DNA of 64,000 nt from positions 1,056,001 to 1,120,000 of the forward strand of contig CAXXOA010000001.1 in NCBI GenBank assembly GCA_963666275.2. Direction: 5' to 3'. A model generated the notes under the pieces. The model was not told the origin of the DNA and searched no databases. It saw nothing but the letters and a program-made list of their open reading frames with translations. Shown here one piece after another: positions 7,487 to 18,240 of the stretch. Position numbers and translations under genes: made by a program. Every line of letters begins with the position of its first letter. Within the stretch, counting starts at the first letter, position 1. Source of the DNA: Oceanispirochaeta sp. GTDB taxonomy: Bacteria > Spirochaetota > Spirochaetia > DSM-2461.

Positions 7487-8710
7487 ATGAATTTCAGGGA
7501 GTATTTACAGAAAAAGGCCGGGATTCCGCAAAAGCAGATTCCTTTTTTTGAGCATTGGATAACACGGTACAACAACTATCAGAATCAGTTTCCTGATTCT
7601 TTCAGTCTGTCCGGATTTGAGAAGACCCTTCTCAGGGACTGTCAGGACTGGCAGATCAATCAGGCTGTCAGTGCGGTAAAGCATTATGAATATTTTATCC
7701 ATCACTATCAGCAGGGGAGTTCCGGTCAAGCGGAGGGGCAATCCGACTGGGAAACAGCTATCACCAGGATGAAAGAGATGCTGCGGCTCAGGCACCGTTC
7801 TTTTCAAACGGAAAAAGCCTATCTGCATTGGGTAGACTCGTTTAAAGATTTTACTGGTAATAAATCTCCCGATGAGCTGGATGAGAAGGATTTTAGATCT
7901 TTTTTAACTTATCTGGCGGTGGAGCGGAAGGTTTCCATGTCTACTCAGAATCAGGCGTTTAATGGAATCCTTTTTCTTTACAGGTCTGTACTGGACAGGG
8001 AGGTTCAAGACCTTCAGGATTCTGTACGGTCAAAAATACCCGCCAGACTGCCTGTGGTTCTCTCCAAAGAGGAAATTTCCCGGATCCTTTCGGTATTGAA
8101 TCCTCCCTATAGGCTTATGGCTTCCCTTATTTATGGATCCGGACTTCGACTGGACGAGTGCCTTTCATTGAGAATCAAAGATCTGGATTTTTATAAACCC
8201 TCCCTCACTGTCCGGATGGGGAAGGGAGGGCGGGACAGGACGACTCTTCTGCCTTCGGGGTTAATCCCCCCCCTGCAGAAGCATCTGGAGGATGTTAAAA
8301 TACTTTACGACAGGGACAGACGGGAGAAAAATCCGGGAGTTTCCCTGCCCGAAGCGCTGGCAGGAAAGTATCCCCATGCTCCGGAAGAGTGGAACTGGTT
8401 CTGGCTGTTTCCCTCTTCCGGGTTCTGTGAAAGTCCCTACGATCAGAAACAGGTTCGCTTCCATCAGCATCCTACAGGACTGCAAAGGGCTTTTAAAAAT
8501 GCCGTTTCCCGTGGGGGAATCACAAAAAAAGCCAGCGTTCATACCCTGCGGCACAGTTTTGCTACCCATCTGCTGGAAGCGGGGTACGACATCCGGACCA
8601 TTCAGGAACTGATGGGCCACTCTTCTGTGCAGACCACCATGATCTATACCCATGTGGCGGGTAAAAACAGAATGGGAGTTGTCAGCCCCGCCGATTCTCT
8701 GTTTCTCTGA
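7487..8710 (+). CDS. intI: Integron integrase
   Basis: Tyrosine recombinase motifs YGSGLR and HTLRHSFATHLLEAGYDIRTIQELMGH..TTMIYTHV, plus the IntI-specific insertion VSLPEALAGKYP..WNWFWLFPS. Confidence 0.96.
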   Translation: MNFREYLQKKAGIPQKQIPFFEHWITRYNNYQNQFPDSFSLSGFEKTLLRDCQDWQINQAVSAVKHYEYFIHHYQQGSSGQAEGQSDWETAITRMKEMLRLRHRSFQTEKAYLHWVDSFKDFTGNKSPDELDEKDFRSFLTYLAVERKVSMSTQNQAFNGILFLYRSVLDREVQDLQDSVRSKIPARLPVVLSKEEISRILSVLNPPYRLMASLIYGSGLRLDECLSLRIKDLDFYKPSLTVRMGKGGRDRTTLLPSGLIPPLQKHLEDVKILYDRDRREKNPGVSLPEALAGKYPHAPEEWNWFWLFPSSGFCESPYDQKQVRFHQHPTGLQRAFKNAVSRGGITKKASVHTLRHSFATHLLEAGYDIRTIQELMGHSSVQTTMIYTHVAGKNRMGVVSPADSLFL

Positions 8711-8713
8711 TTT

Positions 8714-9697
8714 CTACACTTCCGGATGAAAGCACGCGGCGTTATGTTTCTCCGACAGTTCCCTCATGGCGGGCATCTTCCCGCACTCTTCTGTGCGTTT
8801 GGGGCAGCGGTGGTAGAAGGGGCAGCCCTCCAGGGGCTTTGTGGAGTCAAAGGGTTCGAACCCCTTCAGGTTCAGCTCCCTGTCCATCCGGGAGGGAATG
8901 CTGTCGTAAAGGAGCCTGGTATAGGGGTGGAAGCGCTTTTCCACCAAATCCTCGGCGGGGGCTTCCTCCATAAGGCGGCCCCGGTACATCACGCCGATGC
9001 GGTCGCAGAAATAGGTGGTCACAGTCAGGTCGTGGGCAATGAAAAGCATGGTCAGATTGAACTTGTCCTTCAGTTCCAGCAGCAGGTTCAGGATCTGGCT
9101 CTGAATGGACACATCCAGGGCCGACACAACCTCGTCGCAGATCAGAAGCTCCGGCCGCATCATCAGGGCTCTTGCTATGGAGATCCTCTGGCGCTGACCG
9201 CCGGAAAAGTCCGAGGGCCGTCTGTCCAGATCCTCCGGGTTGAGACCGACGGTCTTCATCATTTCGGCGGTTTCCTCCCTAGCCTGTTTCTCTCCGGGCC
9301 AGCCGGGAGACTGTCTGTAGCCGGCTGTGAGGATCTTGTAGATCGTCATCCGGGGGTTCAGGGACCTGGCGGGGTCCTGAAACACGTATTTTACCTTTGT
9401 TCTGTAGTCAAAGAGCTCTTTTCTGTCCAGTTTGACAATATTCAGGGGCACTTCGCTTTTCCCTTCCGGGTGGAACAGGATATCTCCCTGGTCCTGCTGA
9501 TACATCTGTACGGCCAGACGGGCCAAGGTGGTTTTGCCGCATCCCGACTCTCCCACAAGGCCGTAGGTTTCGCCCCGGTGGAGCCGGATAGATACATCGT
9601 TGACCGCATAGACAAAGCGGCCGTACCGGGCAAAAAGTCCTGCTTCCAGGGGAAAGCGTTTTTCCAGGTTGTTCATTTCCAGAAGTAGTTTACCCAT
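8714..9697 (-). CDS. Oligopeptide/dipeptide ABC transporter ATPase (OppF-like)
   Basis: GESGCGKT, FSGGQRQR, C-terminal GCPFYHRCP. Confidence 0.92.
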   Translation of the reverse strand: MGKLLLEMNNLEKRFPLEAGLFARYGRFVYAVNDVSIRLHRGETYGLVGESGCGKTTLARLAVQMYQQDQGDILFHPEGKSEVPLNIVKLDRKELFDYRTKVKYVFQDPARSLNPRMTIYKILTAGYRQSPGWPGEKQAREETAEMMKTVGLNPEDLDRRPSDFSGGQRQRISIARALMMRPELLICDEVVSALDVSIQSQILNLLLELKDKFNLTMLFIAHDLTVTTYFCDRIGVMYRGRLMEEAPAEDLVEKRFHPYTRLLYDSIPSRMDRELNLKGFEPFDSTKPLEGCPFYHRCPKRTEECGKMPAMRELSEKHNAACFHPEV

Positions 9698-9698
9698 C

Positions 9699-10670
9699 TC
9701 AGATCTCCTCCAGTGTATCCAGAATGCAGCGGCTGCTGCGTTCGTCCACAAGGCGGACATCGGGTATTTTCTTTACGCACACTTCCTGTTTATAGGGGCA
9801 GCGGGGCGCAAAGGGGCAGCCCGGTTCGGGGTGGATCGGATTGGGAACATTCCCCGGTATGGTCACAAGGCGGTCCCGGCTGTAGTGGGTGCCGAAGGCG
9901 GGCATCGCATGGAGCAGGCCCCGGCTGTAGGGATGGACCGGGTTCCGGTAGAGTGTCTTTGCCTCTCCCTCTTCCATCACCAGGCCGCCGTACATCACAA
10001 GGATCCTGTCGGCCACCCGGCTCACAAGATCCAGATCGTGGCTTATAAAAATGATTCCCATGCCCCGGGAGGCTTTGAGTTTCAAAAGGAGCTCTATGAT
10101 CTGGGCCTGAATGGTCACATCCAGGGCCGTGGTGGGTTCATCTGCAATCAGAAGGTCCGGATCCGACGCCAGGGCCAGGGCTATCATCATCCTCTGGAGC
10201 TGGCCGCCCGAAAACTGATGGGGGTAGTTGCCCATCCTGTCCTCGGGCTGGGGAATCTGAACCTCCCGCATCAGATCCAGGGTCCGCTCCCGGAGCTGTT
10301 GGTCTGTCTCTTCGGGATGCCGCAGCTTCAGGGTCTCCCGGAATGTCTTTTCCATGTTGTACAGGGGGTCGAAGGACCGGCCGGGTTCCTGAAAGATCAT
10401 GGCGATCCGGCTGCCCCGGAAGGGGGGCAGATCCTTTTTGCCCAGCTTCATCACATCCTGATCCTGAAAGAGGATATCCCCGGAAATCTGAGTGTATCCC
10501 GGCAGAAGGCGCATCAGGGCCTGGGCGGTGACGGATTTGCCCGAACCGCTCTCTCCTACGATGCCCAGAACTTCTCCTTTGGTCATGGTAAAGCTCACGC
10601 CCCTGACCGCCTGGAGGGCTCCCCGGCGCAGTGGGAAGGTGACTTTCAGGTTTCTCACATCCAGCATCAT
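9699..10670 (-). CDS. Oligopeptide/dipeptide ABC transporter ATPase (OppD-like)
   Basis: [32 protein letters not shown]. Confidence 0.92.
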   Translation of the reverse strand: MMLDVRNLKVTFPLRRGALQAVRGVSFTMTKGEVLGIVGESGSGKSVTAQALMRLLPGYTQISGDILFQDQDVMKLGKKDLPPFRGSRIAMIFQEPGRSFDPLYNMEKTFRETLKLRHPEETDQQLRERTLDLMREVQIPQPEDRMGNYPHQFSGGQLQRMMIALALASDPDLLIADEPTTALDVTIQAQIIELLLKLKASRGMGIIFISHDLDLVSRVADRILVMYGGLVMEEGEAKTLYRNPVHPYSRGLLHAMPAFGTHYSRDRLVTIPGNVPNPIHPEPGCPFAPRCPYKQEVCVKKIPDVRLVDERSSRCILDTLEEI

Positions 10671-11734
10671 CTGAGGCCTCCCTTGTCGTTATGCCAGGGA
10701 TCCATAAAGTCCCGGAGCAGGTCTCCGATAAAGTTGAAAGCCAGGGTGGTGATCAGCAGGAACAGACCGGGAATGAGGAACCAGGGAAAGGTCCGCAGAT
10801 TGCTCAACGTCGAGATTTCCCTGTTTATAAGACTTCCCCAGCTGACCGCAGGGTCCACAATCCCCAGGCCCAGATAGGAGAGCACGGTCTCTCCCAGAAT
10901 AAACCCGGGAATCCCCAGGGCGATGCTGACGATGATGATCGACGACATCTGGGGAATGATCTGCTTAAAGATGATCGCCAGGGTGGGGATTCCTTCCAGG
11001 ATCGCATTGGAGATAAAGTCCTCCCGTTTGATGCTGTGCACAAGCCCCCGGATCAGCCGGGCCGAGCCGGGCCATCCCACAAAGGAGAGGATCACCACAA
11101 TCACCATATAGGACTGGCCGCTGGTCATGCTCCTCGACAGGATCGACCGGAGAAAGAGGATCAGATAGAGCCCGGGGATCAGGATGAAGAACTCGCTGAA
11201 CCGCATAATCAGCCAGTCTACCTTGCCGCCGTAGAACCCCGCCAGGCCGCCGAAGGTGATCGCCAGGGTCATGGAAATGGCTATTCCTATAAACCCGATG
11301 GTCAGACTGATCCGGCTGCCGTAGAGGATCCGGGAGAACAGGTCCCGTCCCAGATTGTCCGATCCCATTAAAAAGACAGGATAGGCCCCGTCGGCCACGC
11401 CGAAAAGGTGCCGTTCCAGGGGAATGAAACCCCACATTTTATAGGGTTCTCCCTTTACAAAGAGTTTCACCCTGTGGTTCTGTCCCTTTAATCGGACATA
11501 CTGCCAGTTGATCTCGTTCACAACGGTCCGTTCCTGCACCTGCGGGCCGAACCCCAGATCGCTGCTGTACCAGCTGAGTCCCGGCGGATGATAGGAGTAC
11601 TGGGCCACCGATGTGTTGGGACTGTAGGGGGCGATAAACTCCGCAAAGAGCATCATCAGATAGAGCAGCACCAGTACGATAAAGGATACCAGGGCGACGG
11701 GTTTGTATGTGAGGGCTTTCAGAAACTGTTTCAT
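10667..11734 (-). CDS. Peptide ABC transporter permease (OppC-like)
   Basis: GSDNLGRDLFSRILYGSRISL, LSYLGLG, several TM helices. Confidence 0.92.
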   Translation of the reverse strand: MKQFLKALTYKPVALVSFIVLVLLYLMMLFAEFIAPYSPNTSVAQYSYHPPGLSWYSSDLGFGPQVQERTVVNEINWQYVRLKGQNHRVKLFVKGEPYKMWGFIPLERHLFGVADGAYPVFLMGSDNLGRDLFSRILYGSRISLTIGFIGIAISMTLAITFGGLAGFYGGKVDWLIMRFSEFFILIPGLYLILFLRSILSRSMTSGQSYMVIVVILSFVGWPGSARLIRGLVHSIKREDFISNAILEGIPTLAIIFKQIIPQMSSIIIVSIALGIPGFILGETVLSYLGLGIVDPAVSWGSLINREISTLSNLRTFPWFLIPGLFLLITTLAFNFIGDLLRDFMDPWHNDKGGLR

Positions 11735-12807
11735 TTTTTTGAGTACCTTATCCGGGGATCAACCACAGCCAGCAGGATATCCGCCAGAACCATGCCCAGC
11801 AGAACCAGAAAAGAGATAAACATGATATTGGCCAGAACCAGATAGATGTCCTCCTGCAGGACCGCTTCGTACATGAGCCGTCCGATTCCGGGATAGGAGA
11901 AGATAATCTCCAGGATCAGGGACCCCGAAAACAGGCTGGCAAGGAGGTTGGCGCTGCTTGTGATATAGGGGTTCAGGGTGTTCCGGAAGGCATGGGCAAA
12001 GTAGATCCGCCCTTCCGAAATGCCCCGGGCCCTGAGGGCTGTAATATAGGGCTGGCCCAGCTGATCCAGCATGGTGGCCCGGATCATCCTCATGGTCCCG
12101 CCGATTCCTCCCAGGAAGGCGCCGATCAGAGGGAGGGCAATGTGGTGCATATAGCTGAACACAAATCCCGTGGGATCCTCCGCCATGGGAAATCCCGGAT
12201 AGGCTGTTACAGGAAAGAGACCGGAGACCGCTGCAAAGAGCTGCAGCAGAATCAGCAGGAGCAGGCCGGGGAAGGAGTGCAGAAACAGGGCGATAAAGGT
12301 GGCCGCCAGGTCTGTGCGGGTTCCCACTTTGCTCGAAAAATAGATGCCCAGAGCAAAGGAGATGAAGGTCAGCAGAAACAGGGATATCAGGTTCAGAATG
12401 ATCGAGTTGATCAGCCTTGTTTTGATAAGAAAGAGGATCGGCGCCCGGCTGATCATGGATCGTCCCAGATCCCGCTCCACAAAGACCTGATGGAGCCAGT
12501 GCATGTACTGGCTGTAAAAGGGTCTGTCCAGGCCCAGTTCGGCCTTTTTCGCGGCAATCTGCTCTTCCGAAAAGAGCTCCTGATCTCCCGATTCTCCCGA
12601 TCCGTCGGACATGGAGAGGAGCTGCTGCTTCACATAGTTGTCCACAATGTCTCCCGGGGCCAGTTCCATCAGGCCGAATACGGCAAACCCCAGGATAAAA
12701 AGGATCACGATCATAGAGAGAAACCGGCCCGTGATAAAGTGAGTCAGGGGATGGGAGTTCCGGAACCTGTAGGAGAGTCCTGTCAGAGCATGAAGCAGAT
12801 TTTTCAT
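11731..12807 (-). CDS. Peptide ABC transporter permease (OppB-like)
   Basis: PGD, LGLDRP, YITALRARG, EIIFSYPGIG, DPRIR. Confidence 0.92.
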   Translation of the reverse strand: MKNLLHALTGLSYRFRNSHPLTHFITGRFLSMIVILFILGFAVFGLMELAPGDIVDNYVKQQLLSMSDGSGESGDQELFSEEQIAAKKAELGLDRPFYSQYMHWLHQVFVERDLGRSMISRAPILFLIKTRLINSIILNLISLFLLTFISFALGIYFSSKVGTRTDLAATFIALFLHSFPGLLLLILLQLFAAVSGLFPVTAYPGFPMAEDPTGFVFSYMHHIALPLIGAFLGGIGGTMRMIRATMLDQLGQPYITALRARGISEGRIYFAHAFRNTLNPYITSSANLLASLFSGSLILEIIFSYPGIGRLMYEAVLQEDIYLVLANIMFISFLVLLGMVLADILLAVVDPRIRYSKK

Positions 12808-12809
12808 CC

Positions 12810-14639
12810 CTACTCCTTCAGATAGAGGTACTGGGACTGAAGTCCTCCCAGGGTATCGTAATAGACATTTTCCCACTTGTCCCTCACAGCCAGGAAGCTG
12901 TTGGACTGGACCAGATAGATCAGGGGAAGCTGTTCCAGGATAATCTGCTGGTATTCGTCCCAGTAGGGACGGGCCTTCTCCCTGTCGGGGGTATAGGCCG
13001 CTTCGTTATAGAGATAGTCCATCCGGGCTTCCCAGTCGGTCACAGGGGATTCCTGCAGGGGATGCCAGATATGGAGATTGCCGTCGGACTGCCATACATT
13101 GGATCCCTGTATAGGAAAGTAGGGGAGTCCTCCGAAAGAGAGGAGCACCGCATGCCAGTCGTAGCTCTGGGTCAGCATGTCCACCATCTTCTGAAAGTCC
13201 AGGGGCTTCAGGTTGACCTTGATCCCCAGCTTGCTGCACTCGTCAATAAAAATATTGGCCGTATCGATCCTGGTATTGTTGTCCGAGTTGGTGATGATAT
13301 CAAACTCCACCGCATTGCCATCAGAGTCACGCAGAACCCCCTGGTCATCTTTGGTCATACCGATGGAATTCAGCAGTTCCAGAGCCTTCTCGGGGGAGTA
13401 GGTATAATCCAGCTTTATATCGGGGTTGTGAAACATATTGGCTTCCAGAAAGAAGTGGGAAAAAGGAGTGCCCAGGCCTCTCTGGATCTGTTTGATGATC
13501 CGGGGCCGGTTTACAAGGCAGCTCATGGCCTGACGGAACTCCTTCTGTATAAACCACTTCTGCATGTATTCGGGAAGGGCCTGGGGATTCTGGTTGAACG
13601 AGATAAACTCGGCATTGAAGGTGGCCCCGCCGTTATAGACCGTATAGTCCTTCTCTTCCTGATTGACCATCTCCTCCAGATCTTCAGCCCGCACATTGTA
13701 GGCGTCTTTTTCCCCGTTTTTAAAAAGAAGGAATTCCGTGTTCAGGTCGGGAACGATCTTGCTGATGCTCTTCTGTATATAGGGAATCTTATTCCCCGCC
13801 GCATCTTTGTCGTAGTAATTGGGATTTTCTTCATAGACAAGCCTCACACCGGGGGTGTACTCAACCAGGTACATGCTGCCGCCGCTGGGCAGATCCTTCA
13901 CATCCATATCTATGGTGAAGATCTCTTTGACTCCCTCGGGGCCTCCCTCTTTCAGGGCCGGTTCGAAAAGGAACCGGGGCCCGAACTCCATGTTGGATCT
14001 CAGAAGGGGGTCCGCCACTGTCCGGGGATAGTGGAACACAAAAGTCCGCTCATCAATTTTCTCAATATCGATATGTTCTACCGAGCCGTCTTCCATATCC
14101 ACAAACTGGCTGTTGTAGGCCCGTCTCTGCATATCCGGGTTTCCATCTATTTCGTTGTACCAGAAAACCACATCGTCCGAGGTGATCTTCACCCTCTCGT
14201 CCCTGTCGTAATAGGTCCAGTACAGATCGTCCCTGAGGGTAAAGAACACATCCATCCGTCCCTCATCCTCATAGACCCGGATATCATGGGTGGCGATTTC
14301 AGGTTCCCACTCTCTGGTATAGGGATCGTAATCGGAAAAACCCGCGGGAAAAAGGGGAGCGATGATGCCCGAAGAGGTTCCGTCATTCTCCGAGACGATC
14401 AGATTGAAGGTCTTCGGATCATTGGTCACAGAGGTATTCCATGTTCCTCCTGAAACGCCTATGGAAAAGGGGTCTTCTCCTCCGGGGCGGCTCACTGTTC
14501 TGGACAGGATATCTCCCCGGTTTTCCTCTTTCAGGGCCTGGGCTTCCTCCATGGTCAGTTCTTCTCCTCCGCCGCCGCAGCTCAGGAGCAGAACCAGAAG
14601 CAGGAGCTGGGAAAACAGGATAGTGAAATGTTTTTTCAT
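12810..14639 (-). CDS. Peptide ABC transporter substrate-binding lipoprotein (family 5)
   Basis: Lipobox LLLLSC, DPKTFN, LRDDLYW, EFRQAMS; first gene of the operon. Confidence 0.9.
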   Translation of the reverse strand: MKKHFTILFSQLLLLVLLLSCGGGGEELTMEEAQALKEENRGDILSRTVSRPGGEDPFSIGVSGGTWNTSVTNDPKTFNLIVSENDGTSSGIIAPLFPAGFSDYDPYTREWEPEIATHDIRVYEDEGRMDVFFTLRDDLYWTYYDRDERVKITSDDVVFWYNEIDGNPDMQRRAYNSQFVDMEDGSVEHIDIEKIDERTFVFHYPRTVADPLLRSNMEFGPRFLFEPALKEGGPEGVKEIFTIDMDVKDLPSGGSMYLVEYTPGVRLVYEENPNYYDKDAAGNKIPYIQKSISKIVPDLNTEFLLFKNGEKDAYNVRAEDLEEMVNQEEKDYTVYNGGATFNAEFISFNQNPQALPEYMQKWFIQKEFRQAMSCLVNRPRIIKQIQRGLGTPFSHFFLEANMFHNPDIKLDYTYSPEKALELLNSIGMTKDDQGVLRDSDGNAVEFDIITNSDNNTRIDTANIFIDECSKLGIKVNLKPLDFQKMVDMLTQSYDWHAVLLSFGGLPYFPIQGSNVWQSDGNLHIWHPLQESPVTDWEARMDYLYNEAAYTPDREKARPYWDEYQQIILEQLPLIYLVQSNSFLAVRDKWENVYYDTLGGLQSQYLYLKE

Positions 14640-14795
14640 GATGATTTACCTCTCAGAATGGGAGTCTTTCTATATTCTAGTGGATTTTTCTGTTTTTATC
14701 GGTGTTCCCGGGGCTTTTTTTTAGATTTTCAGAGTCTCCCCGGGGGATTCCTCTCTTCCGGGAGCGATTCTCCTCCGATTTATACCGGTCCTTCT

Positions 14796-16829
14796 TCAGC
14801 TGAGAATCTCCAGGGGAATCCGTATCCGGAATTCGCTTCCCCCCTCTTCGGTTTCCCTGTGCTGTATGTTTCCATTGAGCTTTTCCGTGACGGTCCTGTA
14901 TACCTGATGCAGACCCAGACCCACCCGGCCCCGGTTCCTTTTGGTGGTTGTAAAGGGTTCAAAGATTACCTTGACAATTTCTCCGGGGATCCCCGTACCG
15001 TTGTCCTGCAGACGGATCTCAGGCATCTGACTTTCCAGTCCCACGGTTATCCGTATAATTTTTTTCTGATCCTCTCTTCCGGAAAAGGCATGTTCCCGGG
15101 AGTTATTCAGGATCTGGGAGATCACCGAATAGATCATGTCCTTGTAGGAAATCACTTCCACCGGCTCAGTCTCCAGTACTATGTCAATTTTCTCTTCGGA
15201 AAACTTATGCGAGAATATCTCGACCACTTCGGCTATGTATCTATCCAGACTGAAACGCTGGGGTGAGCTGTTCCGGGAGGAAAGGGATATGGCTTTGAAG
15301 TTATTCACAAGGCCTGCCACGCGCTGGAGATTGCTGATGGTGAGATTCATTCCTTCCGTTATGATCTTTAGAGCCTCTTCCAGCTCTTCATAGCTCAGTT
15401 CCTCGGCTTCCATATGCTGCTGAACCGTTTCAATCCTGCTCCGGATATGGGATGAGCTTGTGATGCTGATTCCCAGGGGGGTATTGATTTCGTGGGCCAT
15501 CCCGGCCAGGAGGGATCCCAGTGCGGCCTGCCTTTCGTTGCGGACCAGTTCATCCTGGGCATTTTTCAGAGAGGCCGTCCTCTCCTCCACCCGTTTGTCC
15601 AGGGTATCCTTCTCTTGTTTCAATAGAATCTGGGTTTTATGGAGCTGACTGTTTCGGTTCTGCAGTATCACTATAAAGATCAGGAGCATGATGAAGACCA
15701 CGAACAGCGAGATAATCTGAAAGCGGTAGGTGTAGTAGAATGACTGGGGCTGGTTTGTCAGGATATAGCCCGGCGGCAGGATATTGTGGCTGATGGCGTG
15801 TTTTTTCAGGAGTTCATAGTCGAAAATATCCGTATGGGGACTCTCCCGGAGGATCGGAACCTCCCCGGGACCTCCCAGGCGGAAAACCTCAAGAGCCTTT
15901 TCCGCTGCCGACCGCCCCTGGTCGTAGCCGCTTAAAAGATGCCCCCCTATAATGCCGTATCCCAGGGAGAAGTCCCAGGTTCCGAAGACAGGCACATTTC
16001 CGGCGGCTTCTGTTATCCTTCTGGCACTTTCGTCGTATTCATAGTAATTCCCCAGGCTGTCCTGGGAGAAAATGGTATAGAGCACAACCCAGGAATCCTC
16101 CAGATTTTTCAGCTCCTCCTCCATTTCCTCCATGGAAACATCCTGAAGGATTCGGACGGTCTGAAAGTCCTCCTGCATAGGGGCTGTCAAATCCGCCATC
16201 TCTTTTGCCAGAATCTCACCCGTGGAAGTTTTATCTGTAATGAAAATGAGATTGGTTCTTAAAGGGAACAGCTTCCTGATAAGAGCCATGTTTTTTTTCA
16301 GATCCGCATGTTCATCGACGCCGGTCATGGAGGGCCCCTGCTTTATTAAAAGGGGATCCCGTCCGTTGATGCCGCAGAATACAGCGGGGGTGTCGGGAAA
16401 AAGGTCCTTTCCCCACTGTCTGAAGAAATCGAAGGCATCGTTATCGGATAGGAAAATCAGGTCGATTTTCTTTCTGCTGTATTTGATTTCAAGAAAATGG
16501 CTGTACCGGGAAAAGTAGTCGTTCCTGTCCAGACCCCGGGGGCCCAGGAATCTTTTGGTGTCCATATATTCAATCTGTACTGTCATCTCATCTCCCAGGG
16601 TATCGCTGATCCCCCGGGTAATTTCATCTGTCCATTTATACCCCTGATGGTAGGAGTGAAGCAGAAGCACCCTTCGTTCCGTCTCTTCCCCGGTCAGGGG
16701 AAAGAGGGAGAACAGGAAGCCTATGGACAGGAAAATTGTACAGGCTGTTTGTCGAAATTTTTGATTCACAGAATTACTATAAAATAAATATTCTTTTTTT
16801 TTAATGATTTTCTGATATTTTCCCAACAA
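14796..16829 (-). CDS. Sensor histidine kinase with N-terminal ABC-substrate-binding-like domain
   Basis: LLLHSYHQGYKWT sensor, TM, AHEINTPLG H-box, DNGTGI, FEPF, GLGL. Start uncertain. Confidence 0.88.
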   Translation of the reverse strand: MLGKYQKIIKKKEYLFYSNSVNQKFRQTACTIFLSIGFLFSLFPLTGEETERRVLLLHSYHQGYKWTDEITRGISDTLGDEMTVQIEYMDTKRFLGPRGLDRNDYFSRYSHFLEIKYSRKKIDLIFLSDNDAFDFFRQWGKDLFPDTPAVFCGINGRDPLLIKQGPSMTGVDEHADLKKNMALIRKLFPLRTNLIFITDKTSTGEILAKEMADLTAPMQEDFQTVRILQDVSMEEMEEELKNLEDSWVVLYTIFSQDSLGNYYEYDESARRITEAAGNVPVFGTWDFSLGYGIIGGHLLSGYDQGRSAAEKALEVFRLGGPGEVPILRESPHTDIFDYELLKKHAISHNILPPGYILTNQPQSFYYTYRFQIISLFVVFIMLLIFIVILQNRNSQLHKTQILLKQEKDTLDKRVEERTASLKNAQDELVRNERQAALGSLLAGMAHEINTPLGISITSSSHIRSRIETVQQHMEAEELSYEELEEALKIITEGMNLTISNLQRVAGLVNNFKAISLSSRNSSPQRFSLDRYIAEVVEIFSHKFSEEKIDIVLETEPVEVISYKDMIYSVISQILNNSREHAFSGREDQKKIIRITVGLESQMPEIRLQDNGTGIPGEIVKVIFEPFTTTKRNRGRVGLGLHQVYRTVTEKLNGNIQHRETEEGGSEFRIRIPLEILS

Positions 16830-16861
16830 TTCCCCTCAGGCGGGAGATGTATGTTCCGGAC

Positions 16862-18184
16862 ATGAATATATCAATTATAGGAACGGGATATGTGGGACTG
16901 GTTCAGGGTGTCATTCTGGCTGATTTCGGCCTGGATGTAACCTGTATGGATATAGATCGGGAAAAAATCCGCCGTCTGAATAACGGGCAGGTCCCCCTGT
17001 ACGAGCCGGGACTGGCAGAACTGCTTCAGAAGAATCTTTCAGACGGGCGTCTTACATTCACCTGTGAAATGGAAGAGGCTGTCAAAAATGCCGAAGTGAT
17101 TTTTCTGGCCGTGGGGACACCACCGGCAGAAGACGGATCGGCTGATCTGCAGTATGTCCTCGGGGCTGCCCGGTCCATAGGCCGGTATCTGGAGGGGTAT
17201 AAGGTTATTGTCAATAAATCCACCGTCCCCGTTGGAACCGCCAGGCAGGTAAAAGAGACGATCCGGGGGGAACTGGAAAAGAGGGGAGTCGATTTTGCCT
17301 TCGATGTGGCCTCCAATCCTGAGTTTCTAAGAGAAGGCCGGGCTGTGAAAGACTGTCAGATCCCCGACAGGGTTGTGATCGGGACCGATTCGGAAAGGGC
17401 CAGGGAGCTTCTTAAAAAGGTCTACAATGTTCTGTATATCAATCAGACCCCTTTTATTTTTACAGAGATAGAAACCGCAGAGCTGACCAAATACGCGGCC
17501 AATGCCTTCCTGGCTGTAAAGATCTCCTTTATCAACGAGATGGCGCTTCTGGCGGAAAAAGCCGGGGCCAATGTCCAGGAGATCGCCCGGGCCATGGGGA
17601 TGGACGGAAGGATCAGTCCCAAATTCCTTCATGCAGGACCGGGCTTCGGGGGAAGCTGCTTTCCCAAAGACACAAGAGCCATCGCCGATATGGCCAGGAA
17701 AATGGGGGAACAGACCCTGGTAATCGAAGCGGCTATCGAGGCCAATGAAAAACAGAAAATCAGGATGGTTGAAAAAATTGAAACCGCCATGGGAGATCTG
17801 CAGGGAAAAAACATAGGCGTACTGGGTCTCTCGTTCAAACCCGATACGGATGATATGCGCGATGCCCCCTCCCTGGCTATTCTCAGAGGACTGGCATCCC
17901 GGAAAGCCCGGATCCAGGCCTACTGTCCCGAAGGAATCGACGAGGCCAAATGGCGTCTGGAAGACATCGAAGAGGCCGTCATGTACTGTCATGACAGCTA
18001 TGATGCTGTCAAACAGGCGGATGCGCTTATTATCATGACCGAATGGAATCAGTTCCGGGGGATCGATCTGAACAGAGTCAGAAAACTCATGGCAGGGAAC
18101 TCTCTTTTTGATCTGAGAAACATCTATGCCAAGGACCAGCAGGTCAGATCCCTCTTCCGGTATTATCCGGTCGGAAGAACCTGA
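16862..18184 (+). CDS. ugd: UDP-glucose 6-dehydrogenase
   Basis: GTGYVG, KSTVPVG, NPEFLREG, GFGGSCFPKD, FKPDTDDMR. Confidence 0.93.
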   Translation: MNISIIGTGYVGLVQGVILADFGLDVTCMDIDREKIRRLNNGQVPLYEPGLAELLQKNLSDGRLTFTCEMEEAVKNAEVIFLAVGTPPAEDGSADLQYVLGAARSIGRYLEGYKVIVNKSTVPVGTARQVKETIRGELEKRGVDFAFDVASNPEFLREGRAVKDCQIPDRVVIGTDSERARELLKKVYNVLYINQTPFIFTEIETAELTKYAANAFLAVKISFINEMALLAEKAGANVQEIARAMGMDGRISPKFLHAGPGFGGSCFPKDTRAIADMARKMGEQTLVIEAAIEANEKQKIRMVEKIETAMGDLQGKNIGVLGLSFKPDTDDMRDAPSLAILRGLASRKARIQAYCPEGIDEAKWRLEDIEEAVMYCHDSYDAVKQADALIIMTEWNQFRGIDLNRVRKLMAGNSLFDLRNIYAKDQQVRSLFRYYPVGRT

Positions 18185-18224
18185 GTCCTCCCTGACCGGG
18201 CCAATCCGGCAGCCCCGGAGGACT
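18184..18224. terminator. Hairpin between convergent ugd and MCP genes
   Basis: agtcctcc/ggaggact outer stem with inner ccgg/ccgg pairing; no U tract. Confidence 0.4.
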
Positions 18225-18240
18225 GACGGATCGTCCCGAA

